The position numbers and the translations under genes were made by a program. A stretch of DNA of 42,748 bases. Source: Alphaproteobacteria bacterium (GTDB lineage Bacteria; Pseudomonadota; Alphaproteobacteria; Rickettsiales; 21-14-0-20-44-7). A model generated the notes under the pieces. That model was not told where the DNA came from. It saw nothing but the letters and a program-made list of their open reading frames with translations, and did not search any database. Location of the stretch: assembly GCA_013288575.1 (NCBI GenBank), contig JABDBO010000002.1, positions 8,037 through 50,784 of the forward strand, written 5' to 3'. Positions 1 to 8,262 of the stretch are shown here, in pieces. Numbering within the stretch: the stretch's first letter is position 1; each line of letters starts with the position of its first letter.

Positions 1-1
1 A

Positions 2-307
2 AAACAGGTCAGCCAAGAAATTTTAATTTCAAAAGCAATTGATACTGCATTAAAAGCTGCAAAACCAGAAGCTGTTGAAGTGAAAGCTGCAGCTGAAAAA
101 GGTAATTTCGAGAAAAAAGTTGGTGAGAAAACCGGGCCTCGTGCCAATGAAGAAAAAGTTGCCAAAATGGCAGCTGAAGAGGCAATTGCTAAATTGCAGC
201 AATTAGGCGTTAAAGAAAGTGGCTCAAGCATCATAAAGCCAGCGGTTGAAACACAAGTTACGCAGCAACAAGCTACGCAACAGCAGAATCAGCAGAAGCA
301 AAGGTAA
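2..307 (+). CDS. 3' end of a CDS truncated by the window edge; K/E/A/Q-rich hypothetical protein
   Basis: The frame is open from nt 2 to TAA at 305-307; the track shows it only from the first Met at 80. Low-complexity tail QQQATQQQNQQKQR. No family recognised. Confidence 0.5.
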   Translation, partial: KQVSQEILISKAIDTALKAAKPEAVEVKAAAEKGNFEKKVGEKTGPRANEEKVAKMAAEEAIAKLQQLGVKESGSSIIKPAVETQVTQQQATQQQNQQKQR

Positions 308-310
308 TTT

Positions 311-928
311 ATGTTTACTCTTAGCGATGATGATAGCCAAAGCACGCAATTAGAGGGCAAAAAGCTTAAAAATCGCGGCGTGAAAACTGATAAATGGTCA
401 ATCGAAAGTGAAGAGCTGGAAATTGATGAAAACACTCCAGGCTTATTAGACGGGCAGGGAATTGATGATGGCCAGGAATATTTCATTGAGCGTGAATTAG
501 GCCAAGAAAATGAGCAGGAACGCGAAGAACGGTTAAAACGCGAATTGCAAGCCGCCCGCCGCCAGCAGCAGGAAATGCAAAAACAACAGCAGCGCGACAT
601 TTCGCGCGAGCCTATGCAGCAATATCAGGCTAATGAACGCGCCATGATGCAATCCAGAAATAAAGGCAAACCAACAACTGAAATTGCTCAGAAAATGAAT
701 CCTAACCAGGAAGAAGTTAGAGAAGCTGTTCAAGAACAGGCTAAAGAGCAGAAAGAATTGAAGAAAACCGATGTTGTTGGCGCAGCGGCAGTTCTTGGCA
801 AAGATAATATCAAAAATCTTGATTTATCTGATGATAAAAAACTCGCCGAACAAGCAAAAGGCTCAATTCCCGCCACGCAAGTGCCGGATATCCGCAGCGG
901 CGGCAAGGATCAAGGGCTGCATATATAA
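311..928 (+). CDS. Hypothetical highly charged E/Q/K-rich protein, probably disordered
   Basis: 205-aa ORF starting 3 nt after the upstream stop. No signal peptide, TM segment or recognisable motif. Composition is strongly biased (ENEQEREERLKRELQAARRQQQEMQKQQQR). Confidence 0.45.
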   Translation: MFTLSDDDSQSTQLEGKKLKNRGVKTDKWSIESEELEIDENTPGLLDGQGIDDGQEYFIERELGQENEQEREERLKRELQAARRQQQEMQKQQQRDISREPMQQYQANERAMMQSRNKGKPTTEIAQKMNPNQEEVREAVQEQAKEQKELKKTDVVGAAAVLGKDNIKNLDLSDDKKLAEQAKGSIPATQVPDIRSGGKDQGLHI

Positions 929-935
929 TAGCTAA

Positions 936-1679
936 TTAGTGATTGCTATTATTATGAACTAAGATGTCATCATTATGATCATCCGTTTCATTACTTCCGT
1001 TTGAATTGGCTGAATCACCATTATTCTTAGAATTTTGCTGAGCAGCTTTTGCTTTTGCCTGTTCTGCCCAGAATCCGCGGCGCGGATCATCTTTTAAAAT
1101 CACATGGCTCACAACGCGCTGAACATTTTTTGTGCGGCGCGAAACTTCAATTGCAGCCTGCAATTCCTTGTTATTCTGCGCAATACCCATTAAATAAACC
1201 ACGCGGTCAACCGTCTGCACGCTATAGTTTTGTGATTTTATTCCGTCAGTGAACAATAAGCGGGTGCGAATTTGGTTAGTAATCCACGCATCGCTTATAT
1301 AATTACCGAAATTCTCTTCATTGCTGACTTTAATCTCGTTGATAACTTCGCGCACGCCTTCAACCTGCCATGCCAGATCTTCGGCATCTTTACGAGTTGT
1401 TGGGTCTTTCACCTTGCCGCCAAGCATAACGCGGCCTTCGCTAACGCGAGTTGAAACTCCGCCGAAGAGATCTTTATCTTTCGCGATGAATTTTTTATCT
1501 ATCGCCAATGCAATGCCATTATCATCAACTTTTGAGCCGACCGTGCGGTCTTCGGTTGCGGTTTCAACCCCGGTAACGCCTGCAGCGCCAACTGCAGCAA
1601 TGCATCCGCTGAGGGATGTTGTTAATGATAACAATAAAGCGGCTTTGATAAGATTTTTCATATTTCCTCTATTCTCCAA
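936..1679 (-). CDS. BON-domain lipoprotein (DolP/OsmY-like)
   Basis: Lipobox LSLTTSLSG-C. Two BON-like repeats (RVMLGGKVKD..., RVVYLMGIAQN...). An alternative start at 1661 (MKNLIK) forms an ATGA overlap with the yraN stop. Confidence 0.7.
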   Translation of the reverse strand: MENRGNMKNLIKAALLLSLTTSLSGCIAAVGAAGVTGVETATEDRTVGSKVDDNGIALAIDKKFIAKDKDLFGGVSTRVSEGRVMLGGKVKDPTTRKDAEDLAWQVEGVREVINEIKVSNEENFGNYISDAWITNQIRTRLLFTDGIKSQNYSVQTVDRVVYLMGIAQNNKELQAAIEVSRRTKNVQRVVSHVILKDDPRRGFWAEQAKAKAAQQNSKNNGDSANSNGSNETDDHNDDILVHNNSNH

Positions 1680-2029
1680 CTATCTTCAATATGCTGTAAA
1701 GCCAGATTGTTATCAACAAAAATACAATCAAAGCGCATATTGAACTGCGAAAACTTTTCATTTTCCGCCAGATATTGCAGTGCCGTGTTCATAATTCGCT
1801 TTTTCTGCATTTTAGAAATCGGGTCGTCAAAAATTGCTGCTTTGCGGCGTTTTACCTCGATGAACAATAACAAATCAGCCTTCGCTGCAATCAAATCAAT
1901 CTCGCCAAATTTGGTTTTAAACCGCTTTGCCAAGATTTTTGCGCCACTTGCCACAAGATATTCTTCGCAAGCGGTTTCAGCATCAACGCCGCGCTGATAA
2001 TTAGTTTTTAAATGAGAGTCCGAGCTCAT
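1658..2029 (-). CDS. yraN: YraN family (UPF0102) endonuclease-like protein
   Basis: Motifs GEIDLIA and LLLFIEVKRR are typical of UPF0102. Overlaps the rsmI stop by 29 nt. Confidence 0.75.
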   Translation of the reverse strand: MSSDSHLKTNYQRGVDAETACEEYLVASGAKILAKRFKTKFGEIDLIAAKADLLLFIEVKRRKAAIFDDPISKMQKKRIMNTALQYLAENEKFSQFNMRFDCIFVDNNLALQHIEDSWRIEEI

Positions 2030-2834
2030 AGATTTTCTTTTTGTTCATGCCGTATTTCTCGCCCAGCAATTCCGATGCGTCTTTCAATTTCATGGTTTTG
2101 AGTAGTTGCAACAATTCTTCTCGAATATCCTCAACATCTTTCTCTTTCAACAAAGGGGGGGAGAGCAAAATCACCACTTCACCCTTAGCTGGATGCGCCT
2201 CAAAATGCTCGCGCACATTCGCAAAACTGCCAAACCGATTTTCTTCATACATCTTAGTAATTTCGCGGCACACCGCCACAGTTCGGCCAACAAAAGCTTT
2301 TTCCATATCACCCAAACAATCCACCAGCCGCCGCGCTGATTCAAAAAATATCAGTGTTGAATTATAATCGGCAAAATTTTTAAACTTCTTAGCATCCGCA
2401 AAGCCGCAAAATGTAAAAACATCGCTCGGCATCCCGCTCATCACAAGTGCTGCTAAAATCGAAGATGCCCCCGGCACCGGATAAACTCGAATTCCATTTT
2501 CCAACGCATCCGCTACCAATTTATACCCCGGATCAGAAACTAACGGCGTGCCAGCGTCTGAAACCAGCGCAACCATCGCCCCGTCATGCAGCATTCGCAT
2601 AATCGCCGGGCGCTTTTCGCCGCCGTTATGATCATTATAAGAATCGGTCTTAGTAGAAACATTGTAGTGGCTCAAGAGTTTGCGCGTCTCGCGTGTATCC
2701 TCACAAAGCACCAAATCTGCCATTTTCAGTGTGTTTATGGCCCGGTAAGTAATATCACCCAAATTGCCAATTGGAGTTGAAACGATGAATAGACCTGGCT
2801 CTTTACTAGATCTGATTAATTCAGTAGAATCCAT
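2001..2834 (-). CDS. rsmI: 16S rRNA (cytidine1402-2'-O)-methyltransferase RsmI
   Basis: N-terminal LFIVSTPIGNLGDITYRAINTLKMADLVLCEDTR, the tetrapyrrole-methylase-fold signature of RsmI. Length 277 aa. Confidence 0.85.
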   Translation of the reverse strand: MDSTELIRSSKEPGLFIVSTPIGNLGDITYRAINTLKMADLVLCEDTRETRKLLSHYNVSTKTDSYNDHNGGEKRPAIMRMLHDGAMVALVSDAGTPLVSDPGYKLVADALENGIRVYPVPGASSILAALVMSGMPSDVFTFCGFADAKKFKNFADYNSTLIFFESARRLVDCLGDMEKAFVGRTVAVCREITKMYEENRFGSFANVREHFEAHPAKGEVVILLSPPLLKEKDVEDIREELLQLLKTMKLKDASELLGEKYGMNKKKIYELGLSFKN

Positions 2835-2857
2835 GAAAATTTACCCGAGAGCCTAAA

Positions 2858-4147
2858 ATGAAACTACACTCATTATATTTTCTTAGCTTTATATTGCTAT
2901 TAATTTCTTCGTGCGCTTATACGGAGCGCCAGTTTCATTCTTCGAATTCATCGCGCACTTCGTCTCAGCAAGGCCAAATCGAAGATGGCGAGCTTTTGAG
3001 CTCAGCTAATAGTCCGGTCGTGCCAGAAGCTGTTCCGCTGCCAACAGTGCCGGGCGTAACGCCACCGTCAGGTGTTCAAACCGCGCCAAATGCAGCTATT
3101 GCGCCGGTTGAAAATATCAATGCGAGATATAAAATTGCGCTTCTAGTTCCGCTTACTGGCAAATCTGCAAGTGTTGGTAAATCACTTTTCGATGCTGCGC
3201 AAATGGCAGTGTTTGAGAGCGGCAATAAAGATTTCCAAATCGTCCCATTTGATACCGGTGATACTGCCGCAACAACCGCTGCCGCGGCTGAAGCTGCAGT
3301 TAACAGCAACGTCAACATCATCCTTGGGCCAGTATTTTCCGATAAAGTCGGCATTGTCGCCTCAAAAGCCAAACGTGCGAATCTCAAAGTTATATCATTC
3401 TCCAACAACAAAGCAGTTGCTGGCGGCAATGTTTACATTATGGGTTTAATGCCTGACCAACAAACTGTTCGCGTCATAAAATTTGCCAGCGAACATGGAA
3501 TCAAAAGTTTTGCCGCAGTTTTGCCTAACAATGTATTTGGCAACCAGGTGGCCGAATTGTTGCAGCGCCAAACCGAATGGGTAGGGGCGGAACTTCGCAA
3601 AATTAGCTTATATTCAGTTGCTCGGCCTGATTTGAATATTTCTGGCAAGGAAGTTGCTGATGCCTATAAAGAAAAATCTGTCGTTCCGACGCGTAAAAGC
3701 GATGCGATTTTAGTACCTGAGGGAGAACCGCGCTTGAGCGAAATCATTAATGGTTTGGGGCGCAACGGCATTGGCCCAAGTGGCGTGCGCATTCTCGGCA
3801 GCGCTTTGTGGGATAATCAATCAACAATCGGCAACAGCCGCTTTAAAGGCGCATGGTATGCCAGCACGCCTTATGAAGATTCTGATTCATTTAACAATCG
3901 CTTCAACCAAAACTTCAGCTATAAGCCAGAAGATATTGCTGCACTCGGTTATGATGCAGTGAGTTTAGCTATCCAGATTGCGCCAAGTGATTTTTCTGAT
4001 TCTGAACTTCACCGCAGCTCAGGTTTCAAAGGTGTGAAAGGTGTTTACAAATTTGATAGCGCCAACGTTAATATGCGCGGTTATGCAATTTACGAAATTG
4101 AAGGTGGCACCGCTCGCGTAATTGATCCGGCACCTGACCATTTCTAG
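2858..4147 (+). CDS. LpoA-like / LivJ-type periplasmic-binding-fold lipoprotein (penicillin-binding protein activator family)
   Basis: Lipoprotein signal (LLLISS-C). A P/S-rich linker, then a type-1 periplasmic binding fold (YKIALLVPLTGKSASVGKSLFDAAQMAV). Divergent from rsmI, as lpoA is in enterobacteria. Confidence 0.6.
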   Translation: MKLHSLYFLSFILLLISSCAYTERQFHSSNSSRTSSQQGQIEDGELLSSANSPVVPEAVPLPTVPGVTPPSGVQTAPNAAIAPVENINARYKIALLVPLTGKSASVGKSLFDAAQMAVFESGNKDFQIVPFDTGDTAATTAAAAEAAVNSNVNIILGPVFSDKVGIVASKAKRANLKVISFSNNKAVAGGNVYIMGLMPDQQTVRVIKFASEHGIKSFAAVLPNNVFGNQVAELLQRQTEWVGAELRKISLYSVARPDLNISGKEVADAYKEKSVVPTRKSDAILVPEGEPRLSEIINGLGRNGIGPSGVRILGSALWDNQSTIGNSRFKGAWYASTPYEDSDSFNNRFNQNFSYKPEDIAALGYDAVSLAIQIAPSDFSDSELHRSSGFKGVKGVYKFDSANVNMRGYAIYEIEGGTARVIDPAPDHF

Positions 4148-5367
4148 GAATTGTTTTCCAGAATTTTACCAGCCAGATAAAGTGAGCCGCAAATGAAAAT
4201 TGTTGCCGGCTCTTTCTGCGCAATGATTTTATCTAAGGCTTCTTCTGCATCATCGCAAGCTTCAGCTTTAAACCATAGCTTTTTTGCCATTTCGGCTAGG
4301 ATTTCCGGATCATAGCAATTAGTCTCACTCGGAATAGGAATCGTATAAATGCAATTAATGGTTTTCTCAAATTGCTGAAAATAACTCTGTGCATCTTTGG
4401 TTTTCATCATTCCCAAAATTAAATAAACCGGCTTTTTAAGCTTTCCAATTTCTGCGGCCAGCACTCGTGCGCCATCAAGGTTATGTGCGCCATCAAGCCA
4501 TAATTCAAAACCTGTTGGCAACATTTCTGGCAATTTACCGCGCGTGAGTTTCTGCATTCGCGCTGGCCAAATTGCAGTGGTCAGTCCTTCCGCAATCGCT
4601 TTTTCGCTCAAACCAATTTTTCGCGCGGTGGCTATTGCGACTGATGCATTAACTTTCTGATGATCGCCAGCCAGAGCCAATTTTGGTAGCTCTTGATGAG
4701 TTGCAGCAAACATCAGCTCAATATGGTTTTTTCTTGCAACCTCGCTTAAAACTTCGATCACTTCTTTTGCTTGAGGCGCTGAAATACAGGGCACATTCGG
4801 CTTCATAATTCCAGCTTTTTCATAAGCGATTTTTGCCAACGTATCACCTAAAAATTCCATATGGTCAAATGATATTGGCGTTATAACCGTAAGCAATGGT
4901 TTGGCAAGCAGGTTGGTCGCATCAAACTGTCCACCTAAGCCAGTTTCCAACAAGATGTAATCAGCCTTCACGCGCGAAAATGCAATAAATGCAGTAACTG
5001 TTGTCAGCTCAAAAAAAGTGAGGCCAATTTCATGTTTATGTTTTTCATACTCACGCTCAACTTCTCGCAAAATTTCGAGCAAAAACTTATCATCAATTTC
5101 TTTGCCAGAAATATTTATCCGCTCATTAAACCGCACCAAGTGCGGCGATGTGTAACTATGGCATAACTGGCTGTTGGCCTCTATTATCGCTTTTAAGAAA
5201 GCAATCGTTGAGCCCTTGCCATTAGTGCCAGCGAAATGAATTACTGGTGGAATTTTTAAATGCGGGTTACCAATTCTTCCCAAAAATTCAGTTATACGCC
5301 CAAGTGATAAATCAATCTTGCCGCGATGTTTATCAAAGCGGTTTAAAATATCATGAATTTCGCTCAT
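4144..5367 (-). CDS. folC: Bifunctional folylpolyglutamate synthase / dihydrofolate synthase
   Basis: Mur-ligase P-loop HFAGTNGKGST. 407 aa. ATGA overlap with the upstream L,D-transpeptidase stop. Confidence 0.85.
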   Translation of the reverse strand: MSEIHDILNRFDKHRGKIDLSLGRITEFLGRIGNPHLKIPPVIHFAGTNGKGSTIAFLKAIIEANSQLCHSYTSPHLVRFNERINISGKEIDDKFLLEILREVEREYEKHKHEIGLTFFELTTVTAFIAFSRVKADYILLETGLGGQFDATNLLAKPLLTVITPISFDHMEFLGDTLAKIAYEKAGIMKPNVPCISAPQAKEVIEVLSEVARKNHIELMFAATHQELPKLALAGDHQKVNASVAIATARKIGLSEKAIAEGLTTAIWPARMQKLTRGKLPEMLPTGFELWLDGAHNLDGARVLAAEIGKLKKPVYLILGMMKTKDAQSYFQQFEKTINCIYTIPIPSETNCYDPEILAEMAKKLWFKAEACDDAEEALDKIIAQKEPATIFICGSLYLAGKILENNS

Positions 5368-5855
5368 GGCTTGATATCAATTTTTGTTGTCGCATCAACT
5401 CCCTGTAAAACTTCTAACAAATCTACCAGTTTTAACGCAATACATCCTTCAGTGCCCTGATAATTTTCGCGCGCCACATGCATGAAAATCGCGCTACCTT
5501 TGCCGGAAATTACCGGGTCATCATTATATCCCAGCGGAATTATAACATCATAAACATCATCATCACGCCACAAATTCTCATGCCGAGCCGGGTAGGAGAG
5601 TTGCACGGGGAGATTATACTTCACATCGTCCGGCGCATCGCACCAACCATCATTTTTGCTAATAACTTCGACTGCCAGCCCAGTTTTTGGCTTGGCAATT
5701 TTATCAGCGCGATACAGAACTTTCCGTAAACTAAATTCGCCAATTGGGCTGCAATTATCACCTTCAATTTTATCAACTGCGAAGCCATTTTTACCTACCG
5801 CGCATTTATAGGTTTTGCCATTAAATTCAAGTTTATTCCCGCGCACAATTATCAT
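5364..5855 (-). CDS. L,D-transpeptidase (YkuD) family protein
   Basis: Catalytic region GSAIFMHVARENYQGTEGCIALK, matching the His...Gly-Cys motif of the YkuD fold. Confidence 0.7.
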   Translation of the reverse strand: MIIVRGNKLEFNGKTYKCAVGKNGFAVDKIEGDNCSPIGEFSLRKVLYRADKIAKPKTGLAVEVISKNDGWCDAPDDVKYNLPVQLSYPARHENLWRDDDVYDVIIPLGYNDDPVISGKGSAIFMHVARENYQGTEGCIALKLVDLLEVLQGVDATTKIDIKP

Positions 5856-5856
5856 A

Positions 5857-6228
5857 TCAGGTGCGGCTCCTCGAAACCATTTTGTTGCGTGCCGCTTGCA
5901 ATTTTGCCAAATGCGTATTCCGGCTTTTCGCCACGCTTTTCTGGCGCTTCTTTAGTTTCTCAATTGCCTTACCGCCAGCCTGGATTGTTTTTTCAATCCC
6001 AATCGAAACCCGCAAACCCAAGTCATCATCTTCCATTTTGGCAACAGAAGTAAACCCGCCTTTGGAAAGATGTTTTTCGGCATCTTTACGGTTTTTCATA
6101 TGTTTCTTGCGCGCTTCCACAATAATATGCGTGCGGCGTAAATCTTCCAATCTCTGCTTTTTTTTCAGCTTTTTCTTTCGGCGCTTTTTCGCCTTTGCTT
6201 TGCCGCTATCATTATTGAAGAAAAACAT
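5857..6228 (-). CDS. Hypothetical very basic (K/R-rich) protein
   Basis: 123-aa ORF with KAKAKKRRKKKLKKKQR. Ends 1 nt before the L,D-transpeptidase start. No family recognised. Confidence 0.45.
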   Translation of the reverse strand: MFFFNNDSGKAKAKKRRKKKLKKKQRLEDLRRTHIIVEARKKHMKNRKDAEKHLSKGGFTSVAKMEDDDLGLRVSIGIEKTIQAGGKAIEKLKKRQKSVAKSRNTHLAKLQAARNKMVSRSRT

Positions 6229-6239
6229 TTGCTAAAAAC

Positions 6240-6341
6240 TTACTTCTTTTTTGGGGTTTTGCGGCGCTGTAGGTTTTTCTTAAGCATCTCGGCGAGCTTG
6301 TCTTTTTTTAGCTGCTGCGGCGTTGGCTTTTGTTTTTCCAT
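6240..6341 (-). CDS. Possible 33-aa basic small protein (MEKQKPTPQQLKKDKLAEMLKKNLQRRKTPKKK)
   Basis: ATG at 6341-6339, 4 nt after the apaG stop; TAA at 6242-6240. It fills the apaG to basic-protein gap on the same strand. No clear SD, and the ORF is below the track cutoff. Confidence 0.3.
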   Translation of the reverse strand: MEKQKPTPQQLKKDKLAEMLKKNLQRRKTPKKK

Positions 6342-6345
6342 AGTG

Positions 6346-6738
6346 CTAATGCAAAATTACATTTGAGCTTGGCATATCGAGCGAAAACGCTGGGATATCA
6401 ACTTCTACCGGCTGGCCGTTCAAATATTGCATATAATATTTGCCTTCCATAATGCCAGAATCGGTTTTTAAATGAGTGCCGCTTGTGTATTCGTAAAATT
6501 CGCCCGGGCGAATCACCGGTTGTTCGCCAACCACGCCTGGGCCACGCACTTCCTGCACATTGCCATTAGCATCGGTAATTTTCCAATAACGGCTAATTAG
6601 CTGGATAATTTCAGTACCCATATTCTCAATTACAATGTGGTAGGCCCAAACATATTGTTGGCTATGCGGGGCAGATTGCTCCTCGATATAAATCGGGGTG
6701 GCGGTAATTTTTATATTATTAGTTTCCTTTGAATACAT
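6346..6738 (-). CDS. apaG: ApaG (DUF525) protein
   Basis: IYIEEQSAP...YVWAYHIVIEN.G...QL.SRYWKITDANG....V.GPGVVGEQPVIRPGE.YEYTSG matches the ApaG consensus. Confidence 0.85.
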   Translation of the reverse strand: MYSKETNNIKITATPIYIEEQSAPHSQQYVWAYHIVIENMGTEIIQLISRYWKITDANGNVQEVRGPGVVGEQPVIRPGEFYEYTSGTHLKTDSGIMEGKYYMQYLNGQPVEVDIPAFSLDMPSSNVILH

Positions 6739-6856
6739 GCAATCCTACGCTTCTTGGCGCGGAAGAATATTATTTTTTGCCTTAATTAGCAATCTGAATC
6801 CAATAAAATAATGCATGCATCTTGTAAGGATAACATCTCAAGCTTTAAGAACCAGG

Positions 6857-6921
6857 AGCCGTCAGCCCGCCGCGCACGGCTGTGTCTTTCAACACGAGCG
6901 CCCGAGCGCTCGTTGAAAGAC
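6857..6921. repeat. Two adjacent GC-rich hairpins (REP-like element / atypical terminator)
   Basis: AGCCGT-N13-ACGGCT (6857-6881), followed by GTCTTTCAAC(AC)GAGCGC-CCGA-GCGCTCGTTGAAAGAC (6884-6921, about 16 bp stem). Lies just 3' of the minus-strand gene ending at 6930. No U-tract. Confidence 0.5.
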
Positions 6922-6929
6922 AATTATAA

Positions 6930-7436
6930 CTAATAGGCGAAGTTATAGGTCAGCATCAAATCTTCTTTGCCAGGGTTGTGGCTATAGATTCCGGCATTTG
7001 ACATGTGAGTTAGAGCCAAGCCAACTTGTGATTTTGCATCCAAGCGATAATCAACTTCGATAGAATCATGGAATTCAAACCAACCGCCTAAGTCTTTGCT
7101 GTCTCCTTGGTGGTAAGCGCCAAAACCAAGATTTGGCACGAGTGACCAACGGTCATAGAAATTCCAATCATAAAGTAATCCGACAAAAGCATAAGCTGCG
7201 CCACGAGTATCAGCGTCAATACCTATAATTGGCGAAATATGGCTAATACCAAAAGTTGAGGTTTTATCAAATTCCTTACCACGCCATTCAGCGCGCCCGC
7301 CAACTGAAGAAGGGTTCTCATCAGAGCTGCGGATAACATCGGCACCTAAGCCAAATTGAAGGTAATTCTGGTCATAAGCATTTGCCTGTGATGAAATTGC
7401 GAGAACAGCGGCAGCGGCCAAGAGAAACTTTTTCAT
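6930..7436 (-). CDS. Acyloxyacyl hydrolase / lipid A deacylase (PagL-like) outer-membrane protein
   Basis: Signal peptide ..SSQANA. Beta-barrel-like alternating sequence. HMSNAG His/Ser motif near the C terminus and a terminal aromatic (..YNFAY). Confidence 0.65.
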   Translation of the reverse strand: MKKFLLAAAAVLAISSQANAYDQNYLQFGLGADVIRSSDENPSSVGGRAEWRGKEFDKTSTFGISHISPIIGIDADTRGAAYAFVGLLYDWNFYDRWSLVPNLGFGAYHQGDSKDLGGWFEFHDSIEVDYRLDAKSQVGLALTHMSNAGIYSHNPGKEDLMLTYNFAY

Positions 7437-7930
7437 TATTTTTTTCCGGGTTTAGTATTTGGGTTGATAAGCGGGTTGAAATTAGAGAACATATCAAGCG
7501 TTTTATTAAACAACTCCTGTTGGCCACCCCACATTGAGCGATAAATATCCTCAAAAGGTTTAAGCGGGTTGGCGGCAGTCATATTCTTCTTCATCTCATC
7601 CTGCTTTTGCATGAAAGCCTGCATAACAGAGTTCAGATAAACAGGCACTATGTTTTTTAGCGAATCATCATAAAAAGCGATCACATTCTTCAAAAACTCG
7701 GCTGGAAGCAGGTTTTCGCCTTTGCTTTCCTGCTCAAAAATTATTTGCGCGAGTACAGATTTGGTGAGGTCTTCACTAGTTTTGGCATCTTTAACGATAA
7801 AATCTTCGCCCTTTTTTACCATTTGGCAAAGGTCATCAAGCGTTACATAACTGCTGATTTGCGTGTTATACAAACGCCGATTTGCATATTTGCGAATTAT
7901 TACCGGTTGTTTTTTCTTATCTTCAGCCAT
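7436..7930 (-). CDS. phaR: Polyhydroxyalkanoate synthesis repressor PhaR
   Basis: N-terminal IIRKYANRRLYNTQISSYVTLDDL is the PhaR signature. TAATG overlap with the downstream gene. Confidence 0.85.
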   Translation of the reverse strand: MAEDKKKQPVIIRKYANRRLYNTQISSYVTLDDLCQMVKKGEDFIVKDAKTSEDLTKSVLAQIIFEQESKGENLLPAEFLKNVIAFYDDSLKNIVPVYLNSVMQAFMQKQDEMKKNMTAANPLKPFEDIYRSMWGGQQELFNKTLDMFSNFNPLINPNTKPGKK

Positions 7931-7941
7931 ATTATACTCAC

Positions 7942-8262
7942 ATGAAGGATGACGAGTTAAACGAGTTTGCCAACCAATTCATTAATTTGTGGCAGGAAAA
8001 TTTCACAAAAGCAATAGCCGACCAGAAAATCATTGAATATATGATGCAGATGGGCGCAAATATGCAGCAGTTTTATGACAAAACACCATTTAATGATAAA
8101 TCCTTTACCACAGCCGCTGCCAATCCATTTGTCGCTGGCTATGACCAGTTATTTAGGCGCAACGACGATGATAGAATTAATGAGCTCGAGCGCCGAATCG
8201 AAAATCTCGAAGAGCAAATTAAACAAAGCAAAACTAGAAGTCGAAAAAGCAGCAAGAAATAA
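7942..8262 (+). CDS. Small coiled-coil protein, possibly a PhaE-like PHA synthase partner or granule protein
   Basis: ATG at 7942, 11 nt from the divergent phaR start. The W/Q-rich N terminus (FINLWQENFTKA) is reminiscent of PhaE. C-terminal coiled coil RINELERRIENLEEQIKQSK. Sits immediately upstream of the PhaC-like gene. Confidence 0.35.
   Translation: MKDDELNEFANQFINLWQENFTKAIADQKIIEYMMQMGANMQQFYDKTPFNDKSFTTAAANPFVAGYDQLFRRNDDDRINELERRIENLEEQIKQSKTRSRKSSKK

Noticed and set aside
289-733. Minus-strand ORFs 289..600 and 533..733
   Set aside because: They are antisense shadows of the plus-strand ORF 311..928. Their Cys/Ser/Phe-rich nonsense-like composition is typical of the reverse frame of an E/K/Q-rich gene.
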